From NCBI GenBank assembly GCA_045132035.1, contig JBGURM010000001.1, forward strand, positions 1 through 52,491: 52,491 nt of DNA. The letters run 5' to 3'. The notes below the pieces were generated by a model. That model had not been told where the DNA came from. It saw only the letters and a list, made by a program, of their open reading frames with translations, and made no database searches. Positions 39,100 through 48,280 of the stretch are shown here, in pieces (positions within the stretch are counted from its first letter, which is position 1; each line of letters opens with the position of its first letter). The DNA comes from Bacilli bacterium. Lineage in GTDB: Bacteria; Bacillota_I; Bacilli_A; RFN20; CAG-826. Position numbers and translations under genes: made by a program.

Positions 39100-39987
39100 T
39101 TACTGTTTTTTGCTTTTATATCCGTATAACTCGAGGAGTTCATCGTTGTCCCTCCAATCATTTTGGACTTTGACAAACAACTCTAAATAAACATGTTTAT
39201 TTAATAATTTCTCAATATCGCGACGTGCTTTAAGTCCGATATCTTTGATGCGCTTTCCACCCGCACCAATAACGATTCCTTTTTGAGAATCTTTTTCAAC
39301 AATTATTGTTGCTCTAATATGAAGTGGGTTCTCTTCCCATTCAATATGATTGACATAAATTGCAATTGAATGTGGAACTTCGTCTCTAAGAGTTTTAAGA
39401 ACCTTTTCACGAATGATTTCTTTGATTTGGAAAATCTCATCTTTATCAGTCACTTCACCATCAGGATAATATTCTGGTCCTTCTGGGAGGAGTTTTTCCA
39501 CTAAGGCGATTAATTCCTCTAAATTGAACTTTTCGCTTGCTACCGTGTCAATAAAGTGGCTTCCTGGTAATTTTTCGTTATAGATAGCCTTTAACTTTTC
39601 AACTTCGGTAATACGAGCTTGATCAATTTTATTAAAAACGATGATTAATGGAGCGTTATGTATATCAAGGTGATTTAATAAGAACTCATCTCCATCGCTA
39701 TAAGGTTTAGAGGCATCCACCACTAAAACATTAACATCAGCTTCGTGAGCGCTGGAATACGCCATAGTGTTCATCTCAACCCCGAGTTTAGCGTGAGGTT
39801 TATGAATCCCAGGAGTGTCAATAAAGATGATTTGACTATTTTCACCACGATAAATCCCTCTAATCACATTACGTGTAGTTTGGCTTTTATCGGTGACGAT
39901 AGAAATCTTTTTATTAATGATTCCGTTTAAAATCGTTGATTTTCCAACGTTTGGATGACCTAAGATAGCAACAAAACCTGATTTCAT
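39100..39987 (-). CDS. era: GTPase Era
   Basis: GHPNVGKST, QTTR, DTPG, NKID, KH-domain GIVIGAGG. Confidence 0.97.
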   Translation of the reverse strand: MKSGFVAILGHPNVGKSTILNGIINKKISIVTDKSQTTRNVIRGIYRGENSQIIFIDTPGIHKPHAKLGVEMNTMAYSSAHEADVNVLVVDASKPYSDGDEFLLNHLDIHNAPLIIVFNKIDQARITEVEKLKAIYNEKLPGSHFIDTVASEKFNLEELIALVEKLLPEGPEYYPDGEVTDKDEIFQIKEIIREKVLKTLRDEVPHSIAIYVNHIEWEENPLHIRATIIVEKDSQKGIVIGAGGKRIKDIGLKARRDIEKLLNKHVYLELFVKVQNDWRDNDELLELYGYKSKKQ

Positions 39988-40388
39988 TATTTCAAATCAT
40001 CCTCACTGAAAGCGAATGGTAATAATTCGTTAATATTAGTTTCTTGATACGCTCCTTTGAGATTAGTCATAATAATGACTCCATCTTTTGGGAAGAGTTC
40101 ACTAATGACTTGACGGCACGCCCCACAAGGAGAACATGGTCCATCCGTATCAGCTGATAAGGCAAGAGCGACAAAATCGTTTTTTGTATACCCATGCATA
40201 TAAGCGTTATAAAGTGCGTTTCTTTCAGCACACATGCACAAAGGATAAGCCGAATTTTCAATATTTGCGCCAACAAAAACTTGGCCATCCTTTGTCAAAA
40301 GTGCGGCGCCAACTGCGAAATGACTATAAGGTGAGTATGATAATTTTCTCGCCTCAATCGCCTCTTTTACTAATTCTTTCTTATCCAT
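39987..40388 (-). CDS. cdd: Cytidine deaminase
   Basis: YSPYSHFAVGAA, GANIEN, CAER, SPCGACRQ, LLPFAF. Confidence 0.96.
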   Translation of the reverse strand: MDKKELVKEAIEARKLSYSPYSHFAVGAALLTKDGQVFVGANIENSAYPLCMCAERNALYNAYMHGYTKNDFVALALSADTDGPCSPCGACRQVISELFPKDGVIIMTNLKGAYQETNINELLPFAFSEDDLK

Positions 40389-40390
40389 AA

Positions 40391-40846
40391 CTAAATTCCT
40401 TTTTCTTTTAATATCGCTTCTTGTAATGTAAACATTACTTCTTCATCTTCCTTCGTCATATGGTCATATCCAAGTAGATGGAGTAAGCCATGTACAAATA
40501 GAAATGATAATTCTCTTTTAATTGAGTGACCATATTCATTAGCCTGTTCGATTGCTTTTTCAACTGAGATATAAATATCTCCAAGAGCGACCATTCCTTC
40601 TTTGAAAAGGATTATATCATATTGATGTCCATCATCAAGGAAGGCAAAGCTAATAACATCGGTTGGTCGATCAATCCCACGATATTTCTTATTGATTCGA
40701 TGAATGTATCGATTGTCCACTAAAGAGACTGAAACAATTGGATCACACTTCACCCCTAATTTGGCTAAAGTGATTTCCATTAATGAGAGATATTCCTCTT
40801 CGTATGATTCGTATTCTTTAAACTTAGTGTTATAATCGAGTTCCAT
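40391..40846 (-). CDS. ybeY: rRNA maturation endoribonuclease YbeY
   Basis: PTDVISF, LGDIYIS, HGLLHLLGYDH. Confidence 0.96.
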   Translation of the reverse strand: MELDYNTKFKEYESYEEEYLSLMEITLAKLGVKCDPIVSVSLVDNRYIHRINKKYRGIDRPTDVISFAFLDDGHQYDIILFKEGMVALGDIYISVEKAIEQANEYGHSIKRELSFLFVHGLLHLLGYDHMTKEDEEVMFTLQEAILKEKGI

Positions 40847-40880
40847 CTTGTTTAGTTTATCATAGATAAGACATTAGAAT

Positions 40881-42077
40881 CTACGAATTCTTACTTTCGA
40901 ACTCTAAAGAGTTGATTAATTTCGCTTTGACGTGATCAAATTCTTCGTCTTTAGAAGAGTATTCGATGATTTTCGCGAATTGTTGTTTTAAAAACACGCT
41001 GATACATAAATAGAAGACAACAAAGGTGATATTGAATGTCTTTGTTAATGTAGTTGTTAGAATGATTGCTAATAGCAATAGTCCAACTTCTAAATATGTA
41101 ACGATGTTTCTACTAAACCCTAACTTATACGATTCATCTCTCGCATTGGTGACCAGTAGTTTGAACTGTTGATCGTTTTCTGAATCCAAAATTTCTTTTT
41201 CTTTGTCCACGACTTCTGCTTCTTTATTTTTAAAATATGGACCATAAACAAGGACTTGAAACGCCGCTAATAGGAGAGGCAAGAAAACATAAATCGCATT
41301 AATAGAAGCGTTCATTACCAAAATGATTGAAATAAAGACAGCGATTAAACAAGAATAGATGAAATTAGGCAAGATAGTTAAAGATATAACTCGATATTTT
41401 TCAATTGTAATGAATATTTCATTATAGTCTTTTTCTTCACCTTTAAATTGATAAGAGAAGATATTTTCATCCATCCTTTTCATCGCTCCCACTAGATTAC
41501 CTCTAAAGATGATTTCAAAGATTAAAAATAAGGCGAAAAAGATAATTGGGAGATAAATTTGAGGATTACTAACAAAATATGTACCAAGAAGTAGACTTAT
41601 TCCACTTAGGATTTGAAATATAGGGAGAGATATCTTGTCCTTTTTAGAGATAAAATCTGGAAATACTTCTTTACATTTTGTTTTTGTGAACTCAAACACC
41701 ACTAACGCTCTTTGATTCCATTCTTTAAAGAATAATTCAGTGTTAATCTTTCTTTTTCCGATTTCTGGGTCATAAACTGTGACAAATCTTGGGTTAGCTT
41801 TTAAAACAAGCACACTATGACGTTGTTTCTTCCTTTGTAGAGTGACGACGATTGGAAAGGTACTACATTTAAATAGTTCCTCTGGTTGAGAAATCTTAAT
41901 TCCTCTAAGAGTCATTTGATGCTCTTTAGCAATATTAGTAAGTTCAAGAAAACTATAAGCATCGCCTTTAGTAGATTGAAGATAAAGATAGTTTCGATCC
42001 TTATGATAATTTGCGAGCATCATTTTTAGGCAAGCAAAACCGCAATCTTGTTCACCTAATTGGGATATAAAATACAT
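40881..42077 (-). CDS. C39 cysteine-peptidase domain plus membrane domain, no ATPase domain (398 aa)
   Basis: Q....DCGFACL, HSVLV, VYDP, then about six hydrophobic segments; start moved to ATG 42077 after SD aaggagg. Confidence 0.8.
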   Translation of the reverse strand: MYFISQLGEQDCGFACLKMMLANYHKDRNYLYLQSTKGDAYSFLELTNIAKEHQMTLRGIKISQPEELFKCSTFPIVVTLQRKKQRHSVLVLKANPRFVTVYDPEIGKRKINTELFFKEWNQRALVVFEFTKTKCKEVFPDFISKKDKISLPIFQILSGISLLLGTYFVSNPQIYLPIIFFALFLIFEIIFRGNLVGAMKRMDENIFSYQFKGEEKDYNEIFITIEKYRVISLTILPNFIYSCLIAVFISIILVMNASINAIYVFLPLLLAAFQVLVYGPYFKNKEAEVVDKEKEILDSENDQQFKLLVTNARDESYKLGFSRNIVTYLEVGLLLLAIILTTTLTKTFNITFVVFYLCISVFLKQQFAKIIEYSSKDEEFDHVKAKLINSLEFESKNS

Positions 42078-42170
42078 TTGTTCCTCCTTCTGAAGAGAAA
42101 AAGTCCCTTCACTATAAATAAGAGGAGGAAAATGCGATTTTTTTGAAAATTTTCTTAAACTTTTTTTGAA

Positions 42171-42196
42171 AAAATTAAAAAGACCCATAGGGTCTT
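42171..42196 (-). terminator. Probable terminator after dnaJ
   Basis: aagaccc/gggtctt stem with a T-rich tail on the - strand. Confidence 0.6.
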
Positions 42197-43325
42197 ATTT
42201 TTTGAACATTTTTTTGAATTTCTCAAATAGTGAGTCATCTTTCTTACTAGCGTCCCGATATGCCTCGAGTGCTTCTTTTTGCTTCTTGTTGAGTGAAGTT
42301 GGGCACTTAATATCGAGGTGAACATATTGGTCACCTGGCTTACCAGTTCGTAAATCTTTAATTCCTTGTCCTTTTAAGCGAAGAATTTGTCCAGGTTGAG
42401 TTCCTTCAGGAACAGTCATTGTCATATCCCCGTTAACAGTTGGGATATCAATTTTAGTTCCTAATATCGCATCAACGAAATCGAGTGGAACATTAAGATG
42501 GATATCATTTCTTTCACGTTTGAAATATGGATGTTCTTTGATATTGATTTCAATATAGAGGTCACCATGTTCTCCTCCATTTTTACCAGCGCCGCCCATA
42601 CCCGCTAAACGGATTTGTTGACCATCATTGATTCCAACTGGAATATGAATCTTTTGAACTTTCTTGATACGTTTATAGCCATTTCCGTTACAAACGGAAC
42701 ATTTCTTAGAAACAATTTTTCCTCTTCCACCACAATCAGGACAGACAGTCTCTGTACTTACCATTCCGAATATACTTCTAGTTTGGCGAGTAACTGAGCC
42801 ACGTCCTTTACAGGTTGGACAAGTTTTGACATCGCTAGGTGAATCCGCTCCACTTCCATGACAATGTGGACAATCATCATCAAAATCGAATGACACTTCT
42901 TCATCTTTTCCGTTCACCGCATCCATAAATTCGACGCGTAAATGCATAAGAACATCATCGCCACGGATTGGTCCAGTTTGTCTACGACTACGTGAAGCAC
43001 CTCCACCAAAGAAGCTACCGAAGATATCACCTAAATTAATATCTTCTCCGCCAAAGCCGAATCCGCTGAATGGATTACCTCCAGCAGGTCCACCGCCTGT
43101 TTGATCAAACGCTGCATGACCAAATTGGTCATAAGCACTTCTTTTTTGGTCATCGAAAAGGATGTCATATGCTTCTTGGATCTCTTTAAACTTCGCTTCA
43201 TCACCAGTTTCTTTGTTATCTGGGTGATATTTTTTAGCAAGTTTACGATAAGCTGACTTGATTTCATCTTTAGAAGCAGTTTTCGCTACCCCTAAGACTT
43301 CATAGTAATCTCGTTTTGTTGCCAT
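42195..43325 (-). CDS. dnaJ: Chaperone DnaJ
   Basis: J domain with HPD, G/F region, four CxxCxGxG repeats. Confidence 0.97.
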   Translation of the reverse strand: MATKRDYYEVLGVAKTASKDEIKSAYRKLAKKYHPDNKETGDEAKFKEIQEAYDILFDDQKRSAYDQFGHAAFDQTGGGPAGGNPFSGFGFGGEDINLGDIFGSFFGGGASRSRRQTGPIRGDDVLMHLRVEFMDAVNGKDEEVSFDFDDDCPHCHGSGADSPSDVKTCPTCKGRGSVTRQTRSIFGMVSTETVCPDCGGRGKIVSKKCSVCNGNGYKRIKKVQKIHIPVGINDGQQIRLAGMGGAGKNGGEHGDLYIEINIKEHPYFKRERNDIHLNVPLDFVDAILGTKIDIPTVNGDMTMTVPEGTQPGQILRLKGQGIKDLRTGKPGDQYVHLDIKCPTSLNKKQKEALEAYRDASKKDDSLFEKFKKMFKK

Positions 43326-43387
43326 ATTAGTCCTTTCTTACCACCAAAGAGGGCATTTGCCCTCCTTGTGGAAATAGTTGATATTAA

Positions 43388-45220
43388 TTACGCTTTGTTT
43401 TTATCGGAGTAGTCAGCGTCCACTACATCGTCTGGGTTGCTACCTGGGGTGCCATTACCTGGGTTACCACCTTGAGCACCAGCTTGACCGCCTTGTTGAC
43501 CTTGCATATAGGCAGCGGCTTGTTCTAATTCAGAGATTCTCTTTTTAAGAGTTTCGATATCATTATTATCTAAAGCAGTCTTAAGTTCATCTCTTAATTT
43601 TTGTGTTTGTTCTTTTTGAGTTGGGTCGATGCTATCGCCTTTTTCTTGTAAAGAAAGGTCAATATCATTAATTAAGGTTTCAGCCTTATTTTTGATTTCG
43701 GTTTCTTCTTTACGTTTAGCATCTGCTTCAGCGTTTTCTTCAGCTTCTCTAACCATTCTATCGATATCTTCTTTAGATAATCCGTTAGAACCACTGATGG
43801 TAATTTGTTGTTCTTTTTGAGTATCTAAGTCTTTAGCGGTAACTTTAACGATGCCGTTAACGTCGATAGAGAATGTGACTTCAATTCTTGGTTCACCACG
43901 TCTTGCTGGTTTAATACCAGTTAATTGGAAGTGACCTAATAATTTATTGTCATGGGCCATTGGTCTTTCGCCTTGATAAACTGAGATATCAACAGCAGGT
44001 TGATTATCAGCAGCGGTTGAGAAGATTTGGCTTTGTGTGGTTGGAATTGTGGTATTTCTCTTAATAAGAGGAGTGAGGACTCCGCCTAAGGTTTCAATAC
44101 CTAAGGTAAGAGGAGTGACATCGAGAAGGACAACGTCCTTAACATCACCACTAACGACACCACCTTGATAAGCAGCACCGATAGAAACAGCTTCATCTGG
44201 GTTAACAGATAAGTTTGGTTTCTTGCCTGTTAATTGAGCGACTAATTCTTGAACGGCTGGCATACGGATAGATCCACCGATTAATAAGACTTGGTCTAAT
44301 TCACTTGCGGACATATTCGCATCGGCTAAAGCACGTCTAACTGGTTCTTCACATCTCTTTAAGAGGTGTCTTGTTAAGTCTTGGAATTTCGCTCTTGTGA
44401 GAGTGTATTCAAAGTGGACTGGTCCATTAGCGTTCATTGAAATGAATGGAAGAGAGATTGTTGTGTCTAAGGAAGAAGATAATTCAATCTTTGCCTTTTC
44501 AGCAGCTTCTCTAATTCTTTGCATACTACCTTTATCGGTAATAGTCACACCACTTTGTTCTTTGATTTGAGCTTTGATATATTGATCGACGACTTCATCC
44601 CAGTCATCACCACCTAAGTGGTTATCTCCAGCGGTAGAAACAACTTCGAATGTGCCATCCCCAATATCAAGGATAGAGACATCGAATGTACCACCACCTA
44701 AGTCAAAGACTAAGATTTTTTCGGATTTGTCGGTTTGTAAGCCATAGGCTAATGCGGCTGCGGTTGGTTCGTTAATAATACGGACAACATCTAAGCCAGC
44801 GATTTGACCAGCGTCTTTGGTCGCTTGTCTTTGAGAGTCATTGAAGTAAGCAGGAACAGTAATAACTGCCTTTTTCACTTCGTGACCGATGTGTGCTTCA
44901 GCGTATTTCTTCATGTAAGCAAGAATTTTCGCTGAGATTTCTTGTGGGGTGAAGTCTTTATTCACACAGTTAATGTGAACTTTTTCTGCACTACCCATCT
45001 TTCTTTTAATAGATGAGACTGTATCTGGGTTAGTACTCGCTTGTCTTTTAGCAGCGTTACCAACGATTTCTTCACCACTTGCTTTAAAAGCAACAACTGA
45101 TGGAGTGGTCATTGTTCCTTCTGGAGAAGGGATGACTTTGACAGTGCCATCTGCTTGTAAATAGGAAACAACTGAGTTAGTTGTACCAAGGTCAATACCT
45201 AAGATAATTTCTTTTGCCAT
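43388..45220 (-). CDS. dnaK: Chaperone DnaK
   Basis: [36 protein letters not shown]. Confidence 0.98.
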   Translation of the reverse strand: MAKEIILGIDLGTTNSVVSYLQADGTVKVIPSPEGTMTTPSVVAFKASGEEIVGNAAKRQASTNPDTVSSIKRKMGSAEKVHINCVNKDFTPQEISAKILAYMKKYAEAHIGHEVKKAVITVPAYFNDSQRQATKDAGQIAGLDVVRIINEPTAAALAYGLQTDKSEKILVFDLGGGTFDVSILDIGDGTFEVVSTAGDNHLGGDDWDEVVDQYIKAQIKEQSGVTITDKGSMQRIREAAEKAKIELSSSLDTTISLPFISMNANGPVHFEYTLTRAKFQDLTRHLLKRCEEPVRRALADANMSASELDQVLLIGGSIRMPAVQELVAQLTGKKPNLSVNPDEAVSIGAAYQGGVVSGDVKDVVLLDVTPLTLGIETLGGVLTPLIKRNTTIPTTQSQIFSTAADNQPAVDISVYQGERPMAHDNKLLGHFQLTGIKPARRGEPRIEVTFSIDVNGIVKVTAKDLDTQKEQQITISGSNGLSKEDIDRMVREAEENAEADAKRKEETEIKNKAETLINDIDLSLQEKGDSIDPTQKEQTQKLRDELKTALDNNDIETLKKRISELEQAAAYMQGQQGGQAGAQGGNPGNGTPGSNPDDVVDADYSDKNKA

Positions 45221-45233
45221 AATTTATTTCCTC

Positions 45234-45791
45234 CTATGCATCAGATTCTTCTTCTGATTGATTATTGTTATCTTTTTCAATTTCTTTATGAACACTCACT
45301 TGGACCCCGGCAGGTCTAATGATGCGATCATGAAGTTTGTATCCTTTTGTGTAAACTTTGACAACTTTGTTGTCTTCGTCTCCTTCCACTGTATCGACAG
45401 CGTTCATCGTCACTGGTGAGAAGGTATCTCCAATATTTGGAGAGACTTCACTAACGCCTTCGTTTTCTAAAACGGAAACAAGGTTACGATAGATGAATTG
45501 GAAGCCGATTAGATAGTTCTTTAAGGTTGGATCTTCAGGTTCGTTTCCTAACGCCATATGGAAGCTATCTAGAATTGGAAGAAGTTCTTCAATAAACCCT
45601 TCAGTTCGATACTTTAACGACTCACGATAATCTCTTTCAAGATTATTTCTGAGGTTTTTCGTATCGGCGTACGCTCGATAATATTCATTTTTCCAGTGTT
45701 CAACATCCGCTTGTAACTTTTCGAGTTCTTCCTGGAGTTTTTCCACTTTCTTTTTTTCTTTCTTATTTAATTCTTCAGTTTTCTCCGCCAT
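45234..45791 (-). CDS. grpE: Nucleotide exchange factor GrpE
   Basis: LLPILDSF, KGYKLHDRIIRPA.V; start moved to ATG 45791 after SD aaggagg. Confidence 0.93.
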   Translation of the reverse strand: MAEKTEELNKKEKKKVEKLQEELEKLQADVEHWKNEYYRAYADTKNLRNNLERDYRESLKYRTEGFIEELLPILDSFHMALGNEPEDPTLKNYLIGFQFIYRNLVSVLENEGVSEVSPNIGDTFSPVTMNAVDTVEGDEDNKVVKVYTKGYKLHDRIIRPAGVQVSVHKEIEKDNNNQSEEESDA

Positions 45792-46815
45792 CCGATTGGC
45801 CTCCTTTGTCGTTAAAATACTTTTCAAGTTCTTGAGAGAGATATTCTAGGGCTGAAAGAGCTTTGTCATAGTCCATTCTTTTTGGTCCCACTAGTGTGAT
45901 GGTGTTCTCACTATCAGGTCCAATACGAACTTTTGTGGTGACTATTGCGACATCTGGGTTTCCTTCAACATCTCCAATATTAATTGCTGTGTCAGAATCA
46001 CTTTCGAGTTGATAATCAACTTTCTTTAATAATGAAGCATTATCGAGTAATTTCATTACTCTCATCAATGCATCAGTATCATTTTTGAATTCTGGATGAT
46101 TGAATAATTCGTTTCGTCCATATAAAGAGAGACGATCACCAGCGAATCTAAGAAGTGATTCTAAGATTGCTTGATAGACAACATCATGAGAGACGATGTA
46201 ATCGGAGAGAACTGGTTTTAAAGATTCCATCTTGTCCACTAGTTCACTAACTGGTGTTCCCTTAAGTCGATCATTGAGGAGTTGAACGCATTTCACTATT
46301 TCATCAGGTTTGATGCTTTCATCCAAGATGAAGGTTTTGTTTTGAACATATCCTCTATCAGTAACAAAGATCGCGGTGATTGTGTTTTCGTTAATTGGAA
46401 CGAGCTGGACGCTTGCTAAGTGCTCAGCGTTTTCATCTGGTCCCATAACGATACTGACAAGATTAGTCATATGAGATATAATCTCACAGCTTCTTTTGAT
46501 TACTTCTTCAACCGATTGGATTTTGGAATCGAGAACTGATTGAAGTGAATAACGGATACTTTCGTTTAACTCTTTATCTCTAAGATGTTGACAATAATAT
46601 TCATATCCTTTTGAAGAAGGAACACGTCCAGCGCTCGTATGAGGCTTTTCGATATATCCCATCTTTTCTAGAGCAGACATTTCATTTCTAATGGTCGCAC
46701 TACTATATGGAAGTTGATATTCTTCAATTAATGTATGACTACCAACTGGTTCAGCAGTTTTGATGAAGTATTCAACAATCATTTTAAGAATTGTTTCACT
46801 ACGGGTAAGTGACAT
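45775..46815 (-). CDS. hrcA: Heat-inducible transcription repressor HrcA
   Basis: EPVGS, SSATIRNEM, PHTSAGRVPS, VGPKRMDY; start moved to ATG 46815 after SD aaggag. Confidence 0.96.
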   Translation of the reverse strand: MSLTRSETILKMIVEYFIKTAEPVGSHTLIEEYQLPYSSATIRNEMSALEKMGYIEKPHTSAGRVPSSKGYEYYCQHLRDKELNESIRYSLQSVLDSKIQSVEEVIKRSCEIISHMTNLVSIVMGPDENAEHLASVQLVPINENTITAIFVTDRGYVQNKTFILDESIKPDEIVKCVQLLNDRLKGTPVSELVDKMESLKPVLSDYIVSHDVVYQAILESLLRFAGDRLSLYGRNELFNHPEFKNDTDALMRVMKLLDNASLLKKVDYQLESDSDTAINIGDVEGNPDVAIVTTKVRIGPDSENTITLVGPKRMDYDKALSALEYLSQELEKYFNDKGGQSDGGEN

Positions 46816-46831
46816 AATCTGCTCCTTCCTT

Positions 46832-46858
46832 TTAGCACTATTCACTCTCAAGTGCTAA
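46832..46858. promoter_or_regulatory. CIRCE element 1
   Basis: TTAGCACTA-N9-AAGTGCTAA. Confidence 0.92.
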
Positions 46859-46862
46859 TTCT

Positions 46863-46890
46863 ATTATATTCCAAGTGTTAGCACTGTCAA
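46863..46890 (-). promoter_or_regulatory. Sigma-A promoter of the hrcA-grpE-dnaK-dnaJ operon
   Basis: TTGACA-16 nt-TATAAT on the - strand. Confidence 0.85.
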
Positions 46891-46904
46891 CAAATAAGTG
46901 CTAA
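46878..46904. promoter_or_regulatory. CIRCE element 2 (overlaps the -35)
   Basis: TTAGCACTG-N9-AAGTGCTAA. Confidence 0.92.
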
Positions 46905-46959
46905 AAATAAAAATTACCTAATAGGTAACTTTTTCAAAAATCATAAGAAAATATGTAAT

Positions 46960-48063
46960 TTAATCAAATAAATCGACAATAATTTTGTCTAAAATCATCA
47001 TTCCTTCGAAGGTTGCAGTGAGGTGATTGTCCTCTAATATTAGGTGTCCACTATTGATGTAAGAGTCGATTATTTCTTTTTTACTAATATATAAATCCTT
47101 ATTAAATAATTTATTAAAGAGAGCGAGATCTAAACCTTCACTAGTTCTTAGATTTAATAAAATCTGATATTCATATAAGTCTTTAGCCGAGACTTTTTCC
47201 TCTATTTTTTCATTAATACCTTTTAGGTATAAAGACAAATTATCAGTGTTTTTATATCTAATGTCATCGATATAGCCTGACGCTCCTAGTCCGATTCCGT
47301 AATAATGTTCATTTCTCCAATAAGTGAGATTATGTTCGCTCCTATAGTTAGGTTTTGCCCAGTTTGAGACTTCATAATGTTCATAACCATTTTTACATAA
47401 TAAATCATTCACCATTTTATATGCGTCATAAGAGAAATCATCGCTTGGAGGAAGGATGTTATTTAAGAAAAACACTGTGTGTTCATGAACAGTTAAGGAA
47501 TAGCAAGAAATATGATTTGGATTTAAAGACAAGATATTATAAATATCTTTTTCTAACATTTTAATAGAAACATTAGGTAAGCCTAATATCAAATCTAAGT
47601 TGATGTTATTAATTCCTTCTTTTCTTAAATTATTAACCGCATTAATGACATCATTAAAAGTATGATGACGATTAATTGCTTTTAACACTGTGTCATCTGT
47701 GGATTCCACTCCGATGGAGACACGATTAACTCCATATTCTTTCATCATTTTTATCTTTTGTAAAGATAATGATTCTGGATTACATTCAAATGTATATTCG
47801 GTTACACCTTTAGAAAATGGTTCAATCATTTTTAATAATTCTAAAAACAAATCATCTTCTAAAGAAGTTGGGGTTCCTCCTCCAACATAGATTGTTTTAA
47901 GTGAAGTGGAAGGTACTTCACTATTAAGTTGTTCTTTGAGCTTTTCTAAATAAGAAAGAGCGAAATTACGAAAATACTGCAACTTCGTAAAGTCACAGTA
48001 ATCGCATATAGATTCGCAAAAAGGAATATGAATATATAAGGAGTTAGCCTTATTCTTCTTCAT
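46960..48063 (-). CDS. hemW: Radical SAM heme chaperone HemW
   Basis: LYIHIPFCESICDYCDF, GGGTPT, YEVSNW, HNLTYW (HNxxYW). Confidence 0.92.
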   Translation of the reverse strand: MKKNKANSLYIHIPFCESICDYCDFTKLQYFRNFALSYLEKLKEQLNSEVPSTSLKTIYVGGGTPTSLEDDLFLELLKMIEPFSKGVTEYTFECNPESLSLQKIKMMKEYGVNRVSIGVESTDDTVLKAINRHHTFNDVINAVNNLRKEGINNINLDLILGLPNVSIKMLEKDIYNILSLNPNHISCYSLTVHEHTVFFLNNILPPSDDFSYDAYKMVNDLLCKNGYEHYEVSNWAKPNYRSEHNLTYWRNEHYYGIGLGASGYIDDIRYKNTDNLSLYLKGINEKIEEKVSAKDLYEYQILLNLRTSEGLDLALFNKLFNKDLYISKKEIIDSYINSGHLILEDNHLTATFEGMMILDKIIVDLFD

Positions 48064-48271
48064 CCTTATATTCTTCTACCGCTTTAGCGGTTTCTTCATC
48101 TTCGATTGGTTTAAGGACACGATCCATCTCTTCGTGAAGGATTTGTTCTTCAGTTGGTTTATCATCATGTTTTAAACGTGGTTTTAAATATAAATAAATC
48201 AAGAAAGCGACAACGGCAATAAGGACAGCCGCTCCAAGGACTACGAGGAAGGCAATTAATTCAGTTGACAT
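48050..48271 (-). CDS. Small hypothetical membrane protein (73 aa)
   Basis: One N-terminal hydrophobic helix and an acidic tail; fills the gap between the Fic-like gene and hemW and overlaps the hemW start. Confidence 0.75.
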   Translation of the reverse strand: MSTELIAFLVVLGAAVLIAVVAFLIYLYLKPRLKHDDKPTEEQILHEEMDRVLKPIEDEETAKAVEEYKDEEE

Positions 48272-48280
48272 ATTTTATTC

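Noticed and set aside
42138-42172. TTTTTTTGAAAA direct repeat (23-bp period) upstream of the C39 gene as a LytTR or ComK site
   Set aside because: Low-complexity A/T tracts; no supportable consensus match.
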